The translations under genes and the position numbers were made by a program. Source: Octopus sinensis (taxonomy: Eukaryota). From it: a stretch of DNA of 64,000 nt. The notes below the pieces were generated by a model. It searched no databases and was not told where the DNA came from. It saw nothing but the letters and a program-made list of their open reading frames with translations. The stretch lies in assembly GCF_006345805.1 (NCBI RefSeq), contig NC_043000.1:17732001-17796000 (forward strand), given 5' to 3'. This document shows, piece after piece, positions 12,330 to 24,737 of the stretch (within the stretch, counting starts at the first letter, position 1; every line of letters starts with the position of its first letter).

Positions 12330-13210
12330 TATTGGTTTCAAAATCTGGCTCACGGTCAGCAAGTTTGAGAGAAGGGTAAGTCAATTACATCAACCCCAGT
12401 GCATAACTGGTACTTATTTTATCGACCCTGAAAGGATGAAAGGTAAAGTTGGCCCTGGCAGCATTTGTACCAAGAACATAAGGTTGGAAGAAATGCCACT
12501 AAGCATTTTTCCCAAGGGCAGAGACCATTCTTATTTCTTTATTGCCCACAAGGGGCTAAACATAGAGGGGACAAACAAGGACAGACAAAGGGAATCAGTC
12601 GATTAGATCGACCCCAGTGTGTAACTGGTACTTAATTTATTGACCCCGAAAGGATGAAAAGCAAAGTCGACCTCAGCAGAATTTGAACTCAGAATGTAAA
12701 GGCAGACGAAATACTATTCTATTTCTTTACTACCCACAAGGGGCTAAACACAGAGCGGACAAACAAGGACAGACAAACAGATTAATTCGATTATATCGAC
12801 TCCAGTGCATAACTGGTACTTATTTAATCAACCCCGAAAGGATGAAAGGCAAAGTCGACCTCGGCAGAATTTGAACTCCCGGGACTTATTCTTTTTGTAA
12901 GCCCAGTACTTATTCTATCGGTCTCTTTTGCTGAACCGCTAAGTAACGGGGACATAAACACACCACCATCGGTTGTCAAGCGATGTTGGGGGGACAAACA
13001 CAGACACACAAACAAACACACATACATATATATATATACATATATACGACAGGCTTCTTTCAGTTTCCGTCTACCAAATCCACTCACAAGGCATTGGTCG
13101 GCCCGGGGCTATAGCAGAGGACACTTGCCCAAGATGCCACGCAGTGGGACTGAACCCGGAACCATGTGGTTGTTTAGCAAGCTACTTACCACACAGCCAC
13201 TCCTGCGCCT
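12330..13210 (-). mobile_element. Cluster of three SINE-B pieces fused to a SINE-A copy
   Basis: Repeated CGACCCCGAAAGGATGAAAGGCAAAGTCGACCTCGGCAGAATTTGAACTC; junction GAACTC|CCGGGACTTATTC into family A at ~12878. Confidence 0.85.
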
Positions 13211-13611
13211 ATAAATATTTCGTCTGACTCTGTAAATATTTGAATTTGCATTAGAAAGGGCATCCGTAGAAACCATGCTAAAACAGAGAGTGATGTCTGG
13301 TGCAGCTCTCTGGCTCATCTGCTCCTGTCAAACTGTCCAACCCATGCCAACATGGACAATGGATGTTAAATGATGATGATGAATGAGAGTATCAAACATC
13401 AAAGCTAAATACTACAAAGTGTTTGATCTGGTAATTTCCTGCCTGAGCATGATCATATATCGGTTTCAAATTTTGGCACAAAGTCAGTAATTTTGTGAGA
13501 GGGGACAAATCAATTACATCGACCCCAGTGTTCAGCTGGTACTTACTTTATTGACCCAAAAAGGATGAAAGCCAAAGTCAACCTCAGTAGAATTTGAACT
13601 CAGAAAATACT

Positions 13612-13942
13612 GCTGAAACCCCCTTCGGTCATCACTGACCATGGGATTGCACCTAGAAAGTTACCCTCCCAGGCACAGGTCCGGGCAAGGTTGTTTAGGG
13701 AAGACCATGCATACCGCTCCCCCCCCTCTCCACACCACCAGTGTTATCCAAGGTAAAGGCAAAGGCCGATACAGCTTGGCACCTGTGACGTCACAACTCA
13801 TTTCTACAGCTGAGTGAACTGCAGCAACGTGAAATAAAGTGCCTTGCTCAAGAACACTACACACAGCCCGGTCCGGGATTTGAACTCACAACCTCACGAT
13901 CGTCAGCTTCATGCTCTAACCACTGAGCCATGCACCTTCACT
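13612..13942 (-). mobile_element. SINE-C subfamily copy with a distinct 3' body
   Basis: tRNA-like head on the minus strand (GGCTCAGTGGTTAGAGC...GAGTTCAAATCCC) followed by TGTTCTTGAGCAAGGCACTT. Confidence 0.75.
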
Positions 13943-14404
13943 AAACATAATCGTTCGTTATGAATCGTTTAGCATCCGCTTTCCATGCTGGCATGGGTTG
14001 GACGGTGCAACTGGGGTCTAGGAAGCCAGAAGGCTGCACCAGGCCCAGTCTGATCTGGCAAGGTTTCTACGGCTGGATGCCCTTCCTAACGCCAACCACT
14101 CCATGAGTGTAGTGGATGAAATACTGCTAAGGTGGATGAATACTGCTAAGGTGGATAAAATACTGCTAAGCATTTTGTCGAGTGTGCTAACGATTCTGCC
14201 AGCTCACCACCCTGAGTATGATCCTATATTAAACTATCACACTTTTTAAACAGCAGTTTTGTACTCCATAATCAGCAATCCAGTTGCCTGGAAAGTGAAA
14301 GGGACGTGGTTCAAATCCTGTTTGTGAACTTGTTGTTCTATTCTGTCTCAAACTGATGCTTATATAATGTCTAATATTGTTTACATTTAAAATTCTTGCC
14401 ACAC

Positions 14405-14768
14405 ATTTTATTATGCAACATTTTATTATACATTTTTATTATACATTTTATTATACATTTTTATACATTTATACATTTTATACATTATTATACATTTTAT
14501 TATACATTTTTATTATACATTTTTATACATTTTATACATTTTATACATTTATACATTATATACATTTTATACATTTTATACATTATATTACACATTATTA
14601 TACAAAATTTATTATTATACATTTTATTATACATTTTTATACATTTATACATTTTATACATTTTATACATTATTATACATTTTATACATTTTATACATTT
14701 ATACATTTTATACATTTTATACATTATTATACATTTTATTATACATTTTTATTATACATTTTATTATG
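14405..14768. repeat. AT-rich 9-12 bp minisatellite (CATTTTATA / CATTATTATA)n
   Basis: Direct inspection; generates the spurious I/H/F/Y ORFs. Confidence 0.9.
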
Positions 14769-15289
14769 CAACTGTGTCCTTCTATCACCATGACATATAT
14801 TTCTTATATCACTTCAGTCCTATTTACAACCATCCAACATATTTCACATTTCTTCTCTGATGAAGGATCATGCCCAAAACATTAAAATTCTTTCCTCCTT
14901 GCAACACAGAAACTTATTCTATTTTGGGAATTTTATTAAAATAATTTTTGCTGACGTAAGCCACAACTAGTTTCCGCAGACTCTACTGCTTTACTTTACT
15001 ACTATGAAGTTTGTTTAGCGCAACTATTATTATGTGGAATGTCATCTGATTCTTTCCCTGGTATGTTTTGTTTATTGATGCAACAAATAACTAAATGGAT
15101 TATTTCTGATTGTAATGATCTTATCTTAGATACATTGTTTCAAGGAAATTCCGCACAGCAGATTTTATATAAATATTAGGACGATGACAGAATTAGTTGT
15201 TGTTGCTGTTGTTCTTCTGTGTTTATTTCTGGCTAATGAGGTTATTTCTGCTGCTATTTTCATATTTTTTATTGTTATTCTGCTTTTGT

Positions 15290-15300
15290 GTGCGCGCATG

Positions 15301-15333
<33 letters not shown>

Positions 15334-15549
15334 ATGTGTGTGTGTGCGTGTGTGTGTGTATGCGTATGTGTGTATATGCGTATGTGTGTGCATGTGTGTG
15401 GGCACGTGTGTGTGGGGGGCACGTGTGTGTGTGTGTGGGGGGCACGTGTGTGTGTGTGGGGGGCACGTGTGTGTGTGTGTGTGCGTTTGTGTGGGCATGT
15501 GTGTGTGTGTGTGTTTCAATGTGTATTGTGTAGATTGAGTGTATGCGTA

Positions 15550-15580
<31 letters not shown>

Positions 15581-15582
15581 GT

Positions 15583-15614
<32 letters not shown>

Positions 15615-15632
15615 TTCAATGTGTATTGTGTA
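15290..15632. repeat. Compound (TG)n microsatellite with GGGGGCACGTG units
   Basis: Direct inspection. Confidence 0.9.
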
Positions 15633-15929
15633 GATTGAGTGGGAAGTTTTGATTCTGATCAGAAATGGACCGGCCAAGAACACATATCCCCTGATAGACA
15701 CAGAATTTTCTATTATAAATCACTGTATATTCGAGTATGTAGTTTGTCCTTCAACCAAACAAAGGCAACAGATATTCGGAACCTTAAATCATTCATTTGA
15801 ATGATCATTTATAGTGTAAACCTACTCAACCAAGACAAACTAGGACCACACAACAGCAATAATAACAACAACAGTGATTAATTATATAATAATGTTCAGT
15901 GACATTCTTTGTGGTAGTTATACAAACTA

Positions 15930-16250
15930 TCATCATCATCATCATCATCATCATTTAGCGTCCGTTTTCCATGCTAGCATGGGTTGGACGGTTCTACTGG
16001 GGTCTGTGAAGCCAGAAGGCTTCATCAGGCCCAGTCAAATCTGGCAGTGTTTCTACGGCTGGATGCCCTTCCTAACGCCAACCACTCCGTGAGTGTAGTG
16101 GGTGCTTTTTACATGCCACCCGCACTGGTGCCAGACAGAGCTGGCAAACGGCCACGAACGGATGGTGCTTTTTATGTGCCACCGGCACGAGGGCCAGGCG
16201 AGGCTGGCAACGGACACGAAACGGGGCGGTGCTGGCAACGGTCGCGAAAC
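15930..16250 (-). mobile_element. Family D (RTE 3' UTR) truncated copy
   Basis: (CAT)n-TTAGCGTCCGTTTTCCATGCTAGCATGGGTTGG... matches the 7733 element's end. Confidence 0.85.
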
Positions 16251-16269
16251 GGAAAGTTCTCTTACAAAC

Positions 16270-16510
16270 TAATATATTTTTTTTTACTACGCACAAGGGG
16301 CTAAACATAGAGGGGACAAACAAGGACAGACAAACTGATTAAGTCGATTACATCGACCCCAGTGCGTAACTGGTACTTTATTTATCGACCCCGAAAGGAT
16401 GAAAGGCAAATTCGACCTCGGTGGAATTTGAACTCAGAATGTAACGGCAGACGAAATACGGCTACACATTTTGCCCGGCGTGCTAACGGTTCTGCCAGCT
16501 CGCCGCCTTA
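16270..16510 (-). mobile_element. SINE family B, near full length
   Basis: Reverse complement of GGCGGCGAGCTGGCAGAA...GAGTTCAAATTCC...GCCTTTCATCCTTTCGGGGTCGATAAA. Confidence 0.85.
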
Positions 16511-17009
16511 TTTAGTTATACAAACTAATACTTATCTATTGCCTTTCAAATACACATAGGTGCAGGCAAGGCTTCATGGTTGGGAAGCTTGCTTCCCAAC
16601 CATGTGATCTTGGGTTCAATCCCACTGCACAGTACTTTTAGCAAATATCTTCTACTATAGCCCTGGGACAAATAAAACCTTGTAATGGGAGGATTTAGTA
16701 GATGGAAACTAAAAGAAACTTGTTACACACACACACACACAAACACACAAACACATGACACAAAGATGTGTGCATGTGACCGCTTGACAACCAGTATTGG
16801 TTTAAAGAGACCAGCAGAATAAATAATACCAGGCTTTAAAAAGTAAGTACTGGGGTTGTTTTGTTCAGCTAAACTCTTGAGGGTGGTGTCGTGGCATGGC
16901 CGCAGTCCAAAGACTGAAACAAGCAAAAGATAAACGATAACATTTAGCCATTACCATTCCACTTTACAGATATAATTAATCTCAGGCTACATTAGCCAAT
17001 ATCACGTGA

Positions 17010-17310
17010 TCACGTGACCGACCAGGCAGTCAGATGTTGCTACACATCACTGGTCACAATGCGCTTTGCATTGTTTTAGCCTTCAAATGACGCCACCCCG
17101 CTGGCTAAGTGAGCAGGCAACAGAAGAATGAGTGAGAGAAAGTTGTGGCGAAAGAGTACAGCAGGGATCGCCACCACCCACTGCTGGAACCTTGTGGAGC
17201 TTTAGGTGTTTTCGTTCAATAAACACTCACAATGCCCAGTCTGGGATTTGAAACTGCGATCCTACGACCGCGAGTCCTTTGCCCTAACCACTGGACCATT
17301 GCACCTCCAC
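17010..17310 (-). mobile_element. SINE-C subfamily copy
   Basis: Family C head and GCTCCACAAGG/CTGTACTCTTTCG body with a different tail (TCACGTGATCACGTGA). Confidence 0.75.
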
Positions 17311-17917
17311 ACATTAGCCAATATGTCCTCCCATTTTTTAAAAAACAAAACAGTAGACTGTGGTTCAGAAGAGACTTGGCTGTTTTTTCTAGCAGGCAGA
17401 GTAACTTTATAAAAACTTTCTCATTGGTTTGTAGTAGTAGTAGTTATATAAAAGCTCTCTCACTGAGGCCTCAAATTTGCCAGGAGAATATAACCTGTTA
17501 TAGTGGCTGTCCCAAAAGTGCTTGGTTGGTTCATATTTCATTGATGATGAAAGAAGTCAATTCCCAAATAGGATTTGAATGCTGAATACAAAAGGTCATA
17601 ACTCGCAACTACATAACATTTTTTCCAGAGCTCAACTAATTCTACAATCCACGTTTGTGCATGTCTACTTGTTTTGTGTGCAGTTTATAATTAGTATCAC
17701 TTAATATATAGCAATGATAATTTCCCAAATCATGCTTCTCTTAAATTATATATATAACCCATGTTAGCATGGAAAGCGGACGTTAAACGATGATGATGAT
17801 AATGATGAGTATTTATAATTATACATGTGTGTGTGTGTCAGTGTGCATATATGTAACCTATGTAGAAAATTTATAAACAGGGCTATCTTTAGACTGAAAA
17901 AAAAAATTGAACAACAA

Positions 17918-18330
17918 TAGGTGCAGGAGTGGCTGTGTGGTAAGTAGCTTGCTAACCAGCCACATGGTTTCGGGTTCTGTCCCACTGTGTGGCACCTTGG
18001 GCAAGTGTCTTCTGCTATAGCCCCGGGCTGACCAATGCCTTGTGAGTGGATTTGGTAGACGGAAACTGAAGAAGCCTGTCGTATATATGTATATATATAT
18101 TATGTGTGTGTGGTGTGTTTGTGTGTCTGTGTTTGTCCCCCTAGCATTGCATGACAACCAATGCTGGTGTGTTTACATCCCCGTCACTTAGCGGTTCGGC
18201 AAAAGAGACCGATAGAATAAGTACTGGGCTTACAACGAATAAGTCCCGGGGTCGATTTGCTCGACTAAAGGTGGTGCTCCAGCATGGCCGCAGTCAAATG
18301 ACTGAAACAAGTAAAAGAATAAAAGAAATA
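17918..18330 (+). mobile_element. SINE family A, full length (tRNA-derived head)
   Basis: A-box-like TGGCTGTGTGG, B-box-like GGTTCTGTCCC, CACCTTGGGCAAGTGTCTT segment, internal microsatellite, (GAATAAAA)-type tail. Confidence 0.9.
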
Positions 18331-20108
18331 AAGAACCTTAATCAATTTTCAAATCTTATTGGATTCTCCTCAGAGGTGTCTGCATCAATTTCCCCGATCC
18401 CAGAGAAACATGCGGCTAAGCTGTTTATATATTCAACAATTACAGCCGCTACAGAAAACTGGGGCCACTAATTTGCATACTGTAAGTGTTAACACTTACA
18501 GTATGTCAATGGGGATCTCAGTTCACACAATATCAAGGTATGATATGATATATGTAACCGCTGTGTGTGTGTACATATATATATGTAAAGGATAAAGGTG
18601 TAGGAAGCTAGTGAGCTTTAAGTAATCCATAGAAGATATAAAAAAACAACTTTCAAGAACAATAGTAGTTTATTGGTGCAGACAGTTGCTCCATATCCAC
18701 ACTGGTACATCAGGGAAATCCAGTCAGTACCTGTCGGAAAGCTGGAAAGTTCTGACCAGGTTTTTGAGGCTTTTACACTCACTTTTACTGTGTACTAAAC
18801 CCATACAGTCCTTTCATGCATCTAAAATACTATTCCTGTCCCCCACTAGTGGTAAAGTGCAAGACGTACCAAGAGTGTTTCTAGACACCTGAAGAAATCT
18901 AGCCTTCAAGCCCCTGTTGGGGCATAAACCACCACCAGTCTAAAGGCACCACCTTTGCTGCCGTTCATGTCCAGGACCACCACCCTACCATCCAGGTCCA
19001 GGAAGATAGCCAGTACTTGGAGATCTAAGGATTTCCTGAGTAGCACTGCTACACTGCCACCCTCCCCCGATAGACCACAAGATGAGAATACCTCATAGTC
19101 CTCAAAAATGGATGCTAGAGTGTGTTTTCTGGAGACCCTTGTTTCACTAATGGCAGCCACATCCAAATCAAGTGACCTTGCTTCCAAGCTGATCCCAGGC
19201 CACACACATTCACACACACCATTCTCAGCACAGCCATGCTAGTTGGAGAAAGAAAATGAGGAGGTTACTCACTTTGATTTTTGAGAAGCCCAGAAATTCT
19301 GGCCCTCTCTACTGGCGAAAATTTTTTAAAAGGCCCTTCCAACACCCTTTTATCAACAGATACTTTTTAAATCCCCACACTACCTGGGAATTTTTCTATT
19401 ATAGTTTTATATAGGTCTGATGATGTTTTAATTAAAAGTCTGTCCTTAGGGATTTTGAGGTTGAAATCCTTAAATTACTTTCCGTCTGTCTCTATTTTGT
19501 TTTTGCTTTGACTTACAAAATCCATCAATTCGCTGTTACACTTGCCCGCAACAGTGAAATTGATGGACACATTTCATCTACAGTCTGATGAATATTTTTA
19601 AAGTTCTGTTATTAGAGTTTTCTGTGTTTCTGTGATTTCATGCTGTTGTTGATGATGTTGTTGTTTTTGAAGTTGTTGATTTTGTTTTTGTTGTTTTTGT
19701 TGGAGTGGTTGCGAATTGTATTGCAGTTGTGGTTTCAGAAAAAGCTATTGTTGATTTCTTGGAGTAGGGCTATGAACTCTCCTCCTCTTTTGCCTACCCC
19801 CCTTTTGTCATTGTGATCCATTGATCATTCAGCTCTTCCTTCTCCATGTCATTGCAGATGATATTGGTTTGGGAGAAAGAGCATTCAGGGGAAACATGCT
19901 TTTTGTGGCAACTGGGGATAGACTCCTTCTTTGTCTTGGTTTGGGTGTGGGTGTGAGCATGAGTGTGAAAGTAGGTGTAAGAGTCTTGAGCACTTGTTTA
20001 TGATTTTGCACTTGTATTTGTAACGCTGGCAGCCATGAGACTTTATTTTGCCTTTAAGTGATTTATAGATGCACATTTGTGTCATCTAGGCTTTCTACCT
20101 GCCACAAA

Positions 20109-20716
20109 ATGGAGGTGCAATGGCCCAGTGGTTAGGGCAGCGGACTCACGGTCGGAGGATTGTGGTTTCGATTCCCAAACTGTGGTGTGAACGATGAAAG
20201 AGGACAACAGAAAAAAGGAGAATGGAAATATAATTAGGCCTTACCTCGGCGAAGATTAGTCTACCGAAACTCAGCGAAGTTCAGATCTCTCTCAGCCAGC
20301 TCGATACATCTTGTGCCTTCGTCGTCTCAGCTGCAACTGCTGCTTCGTCGATGCCACACATGCGTCGTCCCTCGCCACTTCCACTTCCTACCGCGCATGC
20401 GCCCTGCAAGCCCTACTTCTGCCCTCCCCTATCTGTCATCCTCTCTACCGACACCACACAAACCAAGTGTTGTTGTGTGTGTTTATTGAGCGAAATAACC
20501 TAAAGCTCCACGAGGCTCTGGCAGGCGGGGGTGGCGACCCCTGTTGTACTCTTTCGACCCAACTTTCTCTCACTCTTTCTTCCTGTTTCTTGAGTAATGC
20601 TGCGATGGACTGGTGTCCCGTCCAGCTGCGGGAAACACATATGCTACAGAAACTGGGAAACCGGGCCCATGAGCCTGGCTAAGCTTGAAAAGAGCACATA
20701 GATAAATAAAAAAATA
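20109..20716 (+). mobile_element. SINE-C inserted in the LINE ORF1
   Basis: 12-bp TSD ACCTGCCACAAA at 20097-20108 and 20717-20728; tRNA-like head, A-rich tail. Confidence 0.9.
20181..20458. mobile_element. Solo LTR (278 bp) of an LTR retrotransposon
   Basis: TGTGGTGT...ACACCACA inverted termini; 5-bp TSD CAAAC (20176-20180, 20459-20463); CpG-rich. Confidence 0.85.
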
Positions 20717-21432
20717 ACCTGCCACAAACATTGATAGGTGAGTACCATCCAGGAGATCGATTAGATCGGACAGCTGGTTGATATAGTCCTGCTTGCATTG
20801 TAAGGTCAGTTCCATACCTGTACCTAACCAGTTTTGCTCAGGTAATTTCCTGATTTCCAATAGTCATCTTCTAAACCTGCCAAGACGGCAACTCACTAAC
20901 CAGGTTATGAATGTTTCTGGTTCCACATTCTGCACCCTTATTCTTGGCAAGGCATTGACTGTGGTAGCTGGGATTAAGAAAAAGTTGTCATTCCTCAAAG
21001 CGGTTGTGGAATTACATCTAGCTTCTTCTTCCATCCCAAATCTCACCTCAATGGTTCCAAACTTCTTTCCTTGGGTGATGTGGGCATTTTGTTCCCACAT
21101 GCACCCAAGGCATCTTTGTACTTTGCTCTCAGGAGCATTTTTCACCCACCAAGACTTGACTCCACTGCAATGGCATGTTACTGTGCCTCTTGGGATATTT
21201 TCTATCACCAATTTTGATGATGATGATGATGATAATAATAATAATAATAATAATAGCAATAATTGACATAACAAAGAGATAGCAGCAATAATAATTTTCC
21301 TCGAGCAAATCTGCTCACAAGGCTTTGGTTGGCCCAAAGCTATAGTAGAAGGCACTTGTCCATGGTGTCACACAGTGGGTCTGAACCTGAGACCACATGG
21401 TTGGAAAGTAACCATCTTATATAATATATATG

Positions 21433-21466
<34 letters not shown>

Positions 21467-22053
21467 CATATACACACGTGTGCATGTGTGTGTGTGTGTG
21501 CGTATGTGCATGCATTTATATCAATCTTTCTATCTCTTTCTTTCCCTCTCTCACTCTCCCTCTCTCCTCTCCCCCCTCTCTCTCTATCTATATATATATG
21601 CATGTATGTATGTATATGTACACACACATTCATGTGCACACATACACACACAACATAATATACACATGGCTAGATATGTATACAACAGGTTTCTCACTGC
21701 TTCCGTCTCCACCAAATAACCAATAACACATTTATTATACTCTAAACAGCTTTATTTCTCTTTTCCCCCTTTTTATTTATATATATATCCTTTTCTCCCA
21801 TGCTGAATATAAGTGGGATGGTTTATTCATTGGATCAATTGTTTCTGCACTTGATTATCCTGTCTTAACTCTAACCACTCAACTGTGATGCAGGAGTGGA
21901 ACTTGTTTTACTTCAGCCAGTTCAAACTAGAACAAACAGGCAAGATTTGAACTCATGACCAGATAGTTAGTAGACCAGCATTAATTATGCTTTTTAGCAT
22001 ATTCCTTTTGCATATTCTATATATTATATTTCAACAGAGTATATATTATATTG

Positions 22054-22305
22054 TGGAGGCACGTGGCTTAGTGGTTAGAGTGTCAGCATCATGATCGTAA
22101 GATTGTGGTTTCGATTCCTGGACCGGGTGACGCGTTGTGTTCTTGAGTAAAACACTTCATTTCACGTTGCTCCAGTCCACTCAGCTGGCAAAAGTGAGTA
22201 ACGCTGCGATGGACTGGCGTCCCATCCAGCTGGATAACACATACACCATTGAAACTGGGAAACTGGGCCCATGAGCCTGGCTAGGCTTTAAAAGGGCGCA
22301 TTTAT
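22054..22305 (+). mobile_element. SINE-C subfamily copy (GCTGCGATGGACTGGCGTCCCATCCAG body)
   Basis: GGCTTAGTGGTTAGAG...GGTTTCGATTCCT head; homologous to 4180-4405. Confidence 0.85.
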
Positions 22306-22606
22306 TATTTTATATTTAAATATTATATTGCTCTTTACTATATACTATACATCCTCACAAAATGGTGAACAGCTTTAAATAATTTTCAAGCCTTATTGGG
22401 TTCTCTCCTCTAGTGGTTAGAGCATTGACTCATTATCATGAGATTGTGGTTTCAATCACTAGGCCAGGTGGTGTGTTGTGTTCTTCACTAAAACACTTCA
22501 CCTCATGTTGCTCTCTGATCACTTTGTTACCTAAAGTGTAGTACACCATGTACCTCTTCAGGCAATGTCAATTTGATGGAGTGAGTGAGCTGACATACAG
22601 CACATA

Positions 22607-23128
22607 CTGTAAATCCTTGAGTATATTCCGCATTTTTTTCCCAAAATTTAAAGGTCAAAATCCCTAGTGCGTACTATATACGAAGTTAAAAATGAAAAAT
22701 ATTTTCCAAGCAATGTCCGAGTCTCTATTTGCTGTCCAGCAATGTTTATTCAGATGCATTTTGTGATGTCGGGCACGAAAATACCTTAAGCTAAGCCTGA
22801 AAGCAATGAAGTCATAAAAGAATCATCCATAACTTGCAGTAAGCAACATTTATTAAAATAAAAGTATTCAGAACACAGAGTAACATGTAACAAAAACAAT
22901 TTGCAAACATATTTACATTCCCATATAACAGTTGAGAACATCACCATTATTGTATTACGCATGCACAGAAGTGTTTGTTCGACTAGGTGCTGCTGGCTTA
23001 ATTACGCACGACTCAAGTTAGAGAAGGGGTGCGTATTATACACAAGGTTTAGGTTTTTCAGAGGTACAGCCCTCTAAAAATACTCTGCGTATTATACTCA
23101 AGGGCAGACTATACTCGAGGATTTACGG
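22607..23128. mobile_element. Tc1/mariner superfamily (pogo/Tigger-like) MITE
   Basis: TIR CTGTAAATCCTTGAGTATA / TATACTCGAGGATTTACGG, TA on both sides. Confidence 0.85.
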
Positions 23129-23229
23129 TAATTTTTATCACTATAAACAAATCATTTTTGCAGGTCATTCAGCAAAAGCTGAACACTCATATATCACCTT
23201 CGATGGAAGAATCCATCATATGTCATACA

Positions 23230-23640
23230 CTAGGCGCAGGAGTGGCTGTGTGGTAAGTAGCTTGCTAACCAACCACATGGTTCCGGGTTCAGTCCCACTG
23301 CGTGGCATCTTGGGCAAGTGTCTTCTACTATAGCCTCGGGCCGACCAATGCCTTGTGAGTGGATTTGGTAGACGGAAACTGAAAGAAGCCTGTCGTATAT
23401 ATGTATATATATATATGTGTGTATGTTTGTGTCTGTGTTTGTACCCCTAGCATTGCTTGACAACCGATGCTGGTGTGTTTATGTCCCCATCACTTAGCAG
23501 TTTGGCAAAAGAGACCGATAGAATAAGTACTGGGCTTACAAAAGAATAAGTCCCGGGGTTGATTTGCTCGACTAAAGGCGGTGCTCCAGCATGGTCGCAG
23601 TCAAATGACTGAAACAAGTAAAAGAGTAAAAGAGAGAGAT
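23230..23640 (+). mobile_element. SINE family A, full length
   Basis: Near consensus of the family A copies. Confidence 0.9.
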
Positions 23641-23987
23641 TAAAAGAGTACTACATATTAGATTTTACACTACTATGTTCTTAAGTATGCTTTCATCATC
23701 ACAGTTAAGGCCATGCTGTAGTACTATTGACAATTCTAACTTTATTTTATTTATTTATTTTATTTTTTTTGCTTTGTGTATGTGTGTGTTGTCTACAGCA
23801 GGAATCTCCAATCACTGGACCATGGACTAGTATCAAGTCCTGGATCACTTGGTACCAGGCTGCCCAGAAAGAATAAATAAAAAAAAGTTATTTTCTTTTA
23901 TGTTGACTGTTGCAGTCAGTAAAGTGTTCTTGTATTATGTGTGAATTACATATATGTAATATATATGTGTTAGATATGTCCAGTGGC

Positions 23988-24425
23988 AAGTGTAAAAAGA
24001 TTCGAGCTAAGTCATTGCCAGTACCACCTGACTGGCCCCATGCTGGTGGCATGTAAAAAGCACCCACTACACTCTTGGAGTAGTTGGTGTCAGGAAGGGC
24101 ATCCAGCTGTAGAAACTCTGCCAGATCAAGATTGGAGCCTGGTGCGGCCATCTGGCTCTCCAGCCCTCAGTCAAAAAGTGTAAAAAGATTCGAGCGAAGT
24201 CATTGCCAGTACCACCTGACTGGCCCCATGCTGGTGGCATGTAAAAAGCACCCACTACACTCTTGGAGTAGTTGGTGTCAGGAAGGGCATCCAGCTGTAG
24301 AAACTCTGCCAGATCAAGATTGGAGCCTGGTGCGGCCATCTGGCTCTCCAGCCCTCAGTCAAAATTGTCCAACCCATGCTAGCATAGAAGGCAGACGTTA
24401 AACGATGATGATGATGATGATGATG
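23988..24425 (+). mobile_element. Family D copy with an internal 188-bp tandem duplication
   Basis: Two near-identical 188-bp units (23988-24175, 24176-24363), then the (GAT)n tail. Confidence 0.85.
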
Positions 24426-24444
24426 TAGTAGTTAAATTATTGAC

Positions 24445-24615
24445 TGGACAGGTGGTATGAACATCAATGGCAAGTGACTAACACATCTCTGATTCGCAAA
24501 TGACATTGTACTCATCACTGAAACTACAGACCAGCTGCAGACTATGTTGACAGAGCTGGACACTCATAGCTTAACAGTAGGCCTTAAAATGAACTGCATG
24601 CAAACATAATATATG
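24445..24615 (+). mobile_element. RTE-clade reverse-transcriptase fragment
   Basis: GMNINGK*LTHL*FANDIVLITETTDQLQTMLTELDTHSLTVGLKMN, matching the RTE (HLRFADDIVL...GLKMN) motif. Confidence 0.8.
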
Positions 24616-24737
24616 TGGTCAGCAGATATACTACAAGGCCAAAGAGAGATGGGGAGTGATGACAAACAGGAAGTGATGTCAACTTAGGGCACATCCAAGT
24701 GGAGGGATCCATGTCTTGGAAGGTACTCGGTAATCCT

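Larger units (their letters stand above)
18690..21215 (-). mobile_element. Decayed L1/Tx1-type LINE: ORF1 relic with zinc knuckle and AP-endonuclease N-terminus, 3'-truncated
   Basis: ORF 18906-19217 DVAAISETR...GGSVAVLLRK...DGRVVVLD...FRLVVVYAP, then LVGDRNSILD and VWIWSN. Upstream ORF1-like frame; after removing the SINE, VAGRKPR*HKCASINHLKAK* resembles a decayed CX2CX4HX4C. Confidence 0.8.

Noticed and set aside
14980-15060. Plus-strand 81-nt segment with AG/GTATGT ends and an open frame (STALLYYYEVCLAQLLLCGMSSDSFP)
   Set aside because: No supporting plus-strand exons, a weak polypyrimidine tract and an unrecognised peptide; could be chance.
17918-18000. tRNA genes at SINE heads
   Set aside because: Only A/B-box-like motifs; no complete cloverleaf; the heads continue into repeat bodies.
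23798-23880. Exon-like segment readable on either strand (QESPITGPWTSIKSWITWYQAAQKE* / LVPSDPGLDTSPWSSDWRFLL*)
   Set aside because: Ambiguous strand, no good donor, internally repetitive.
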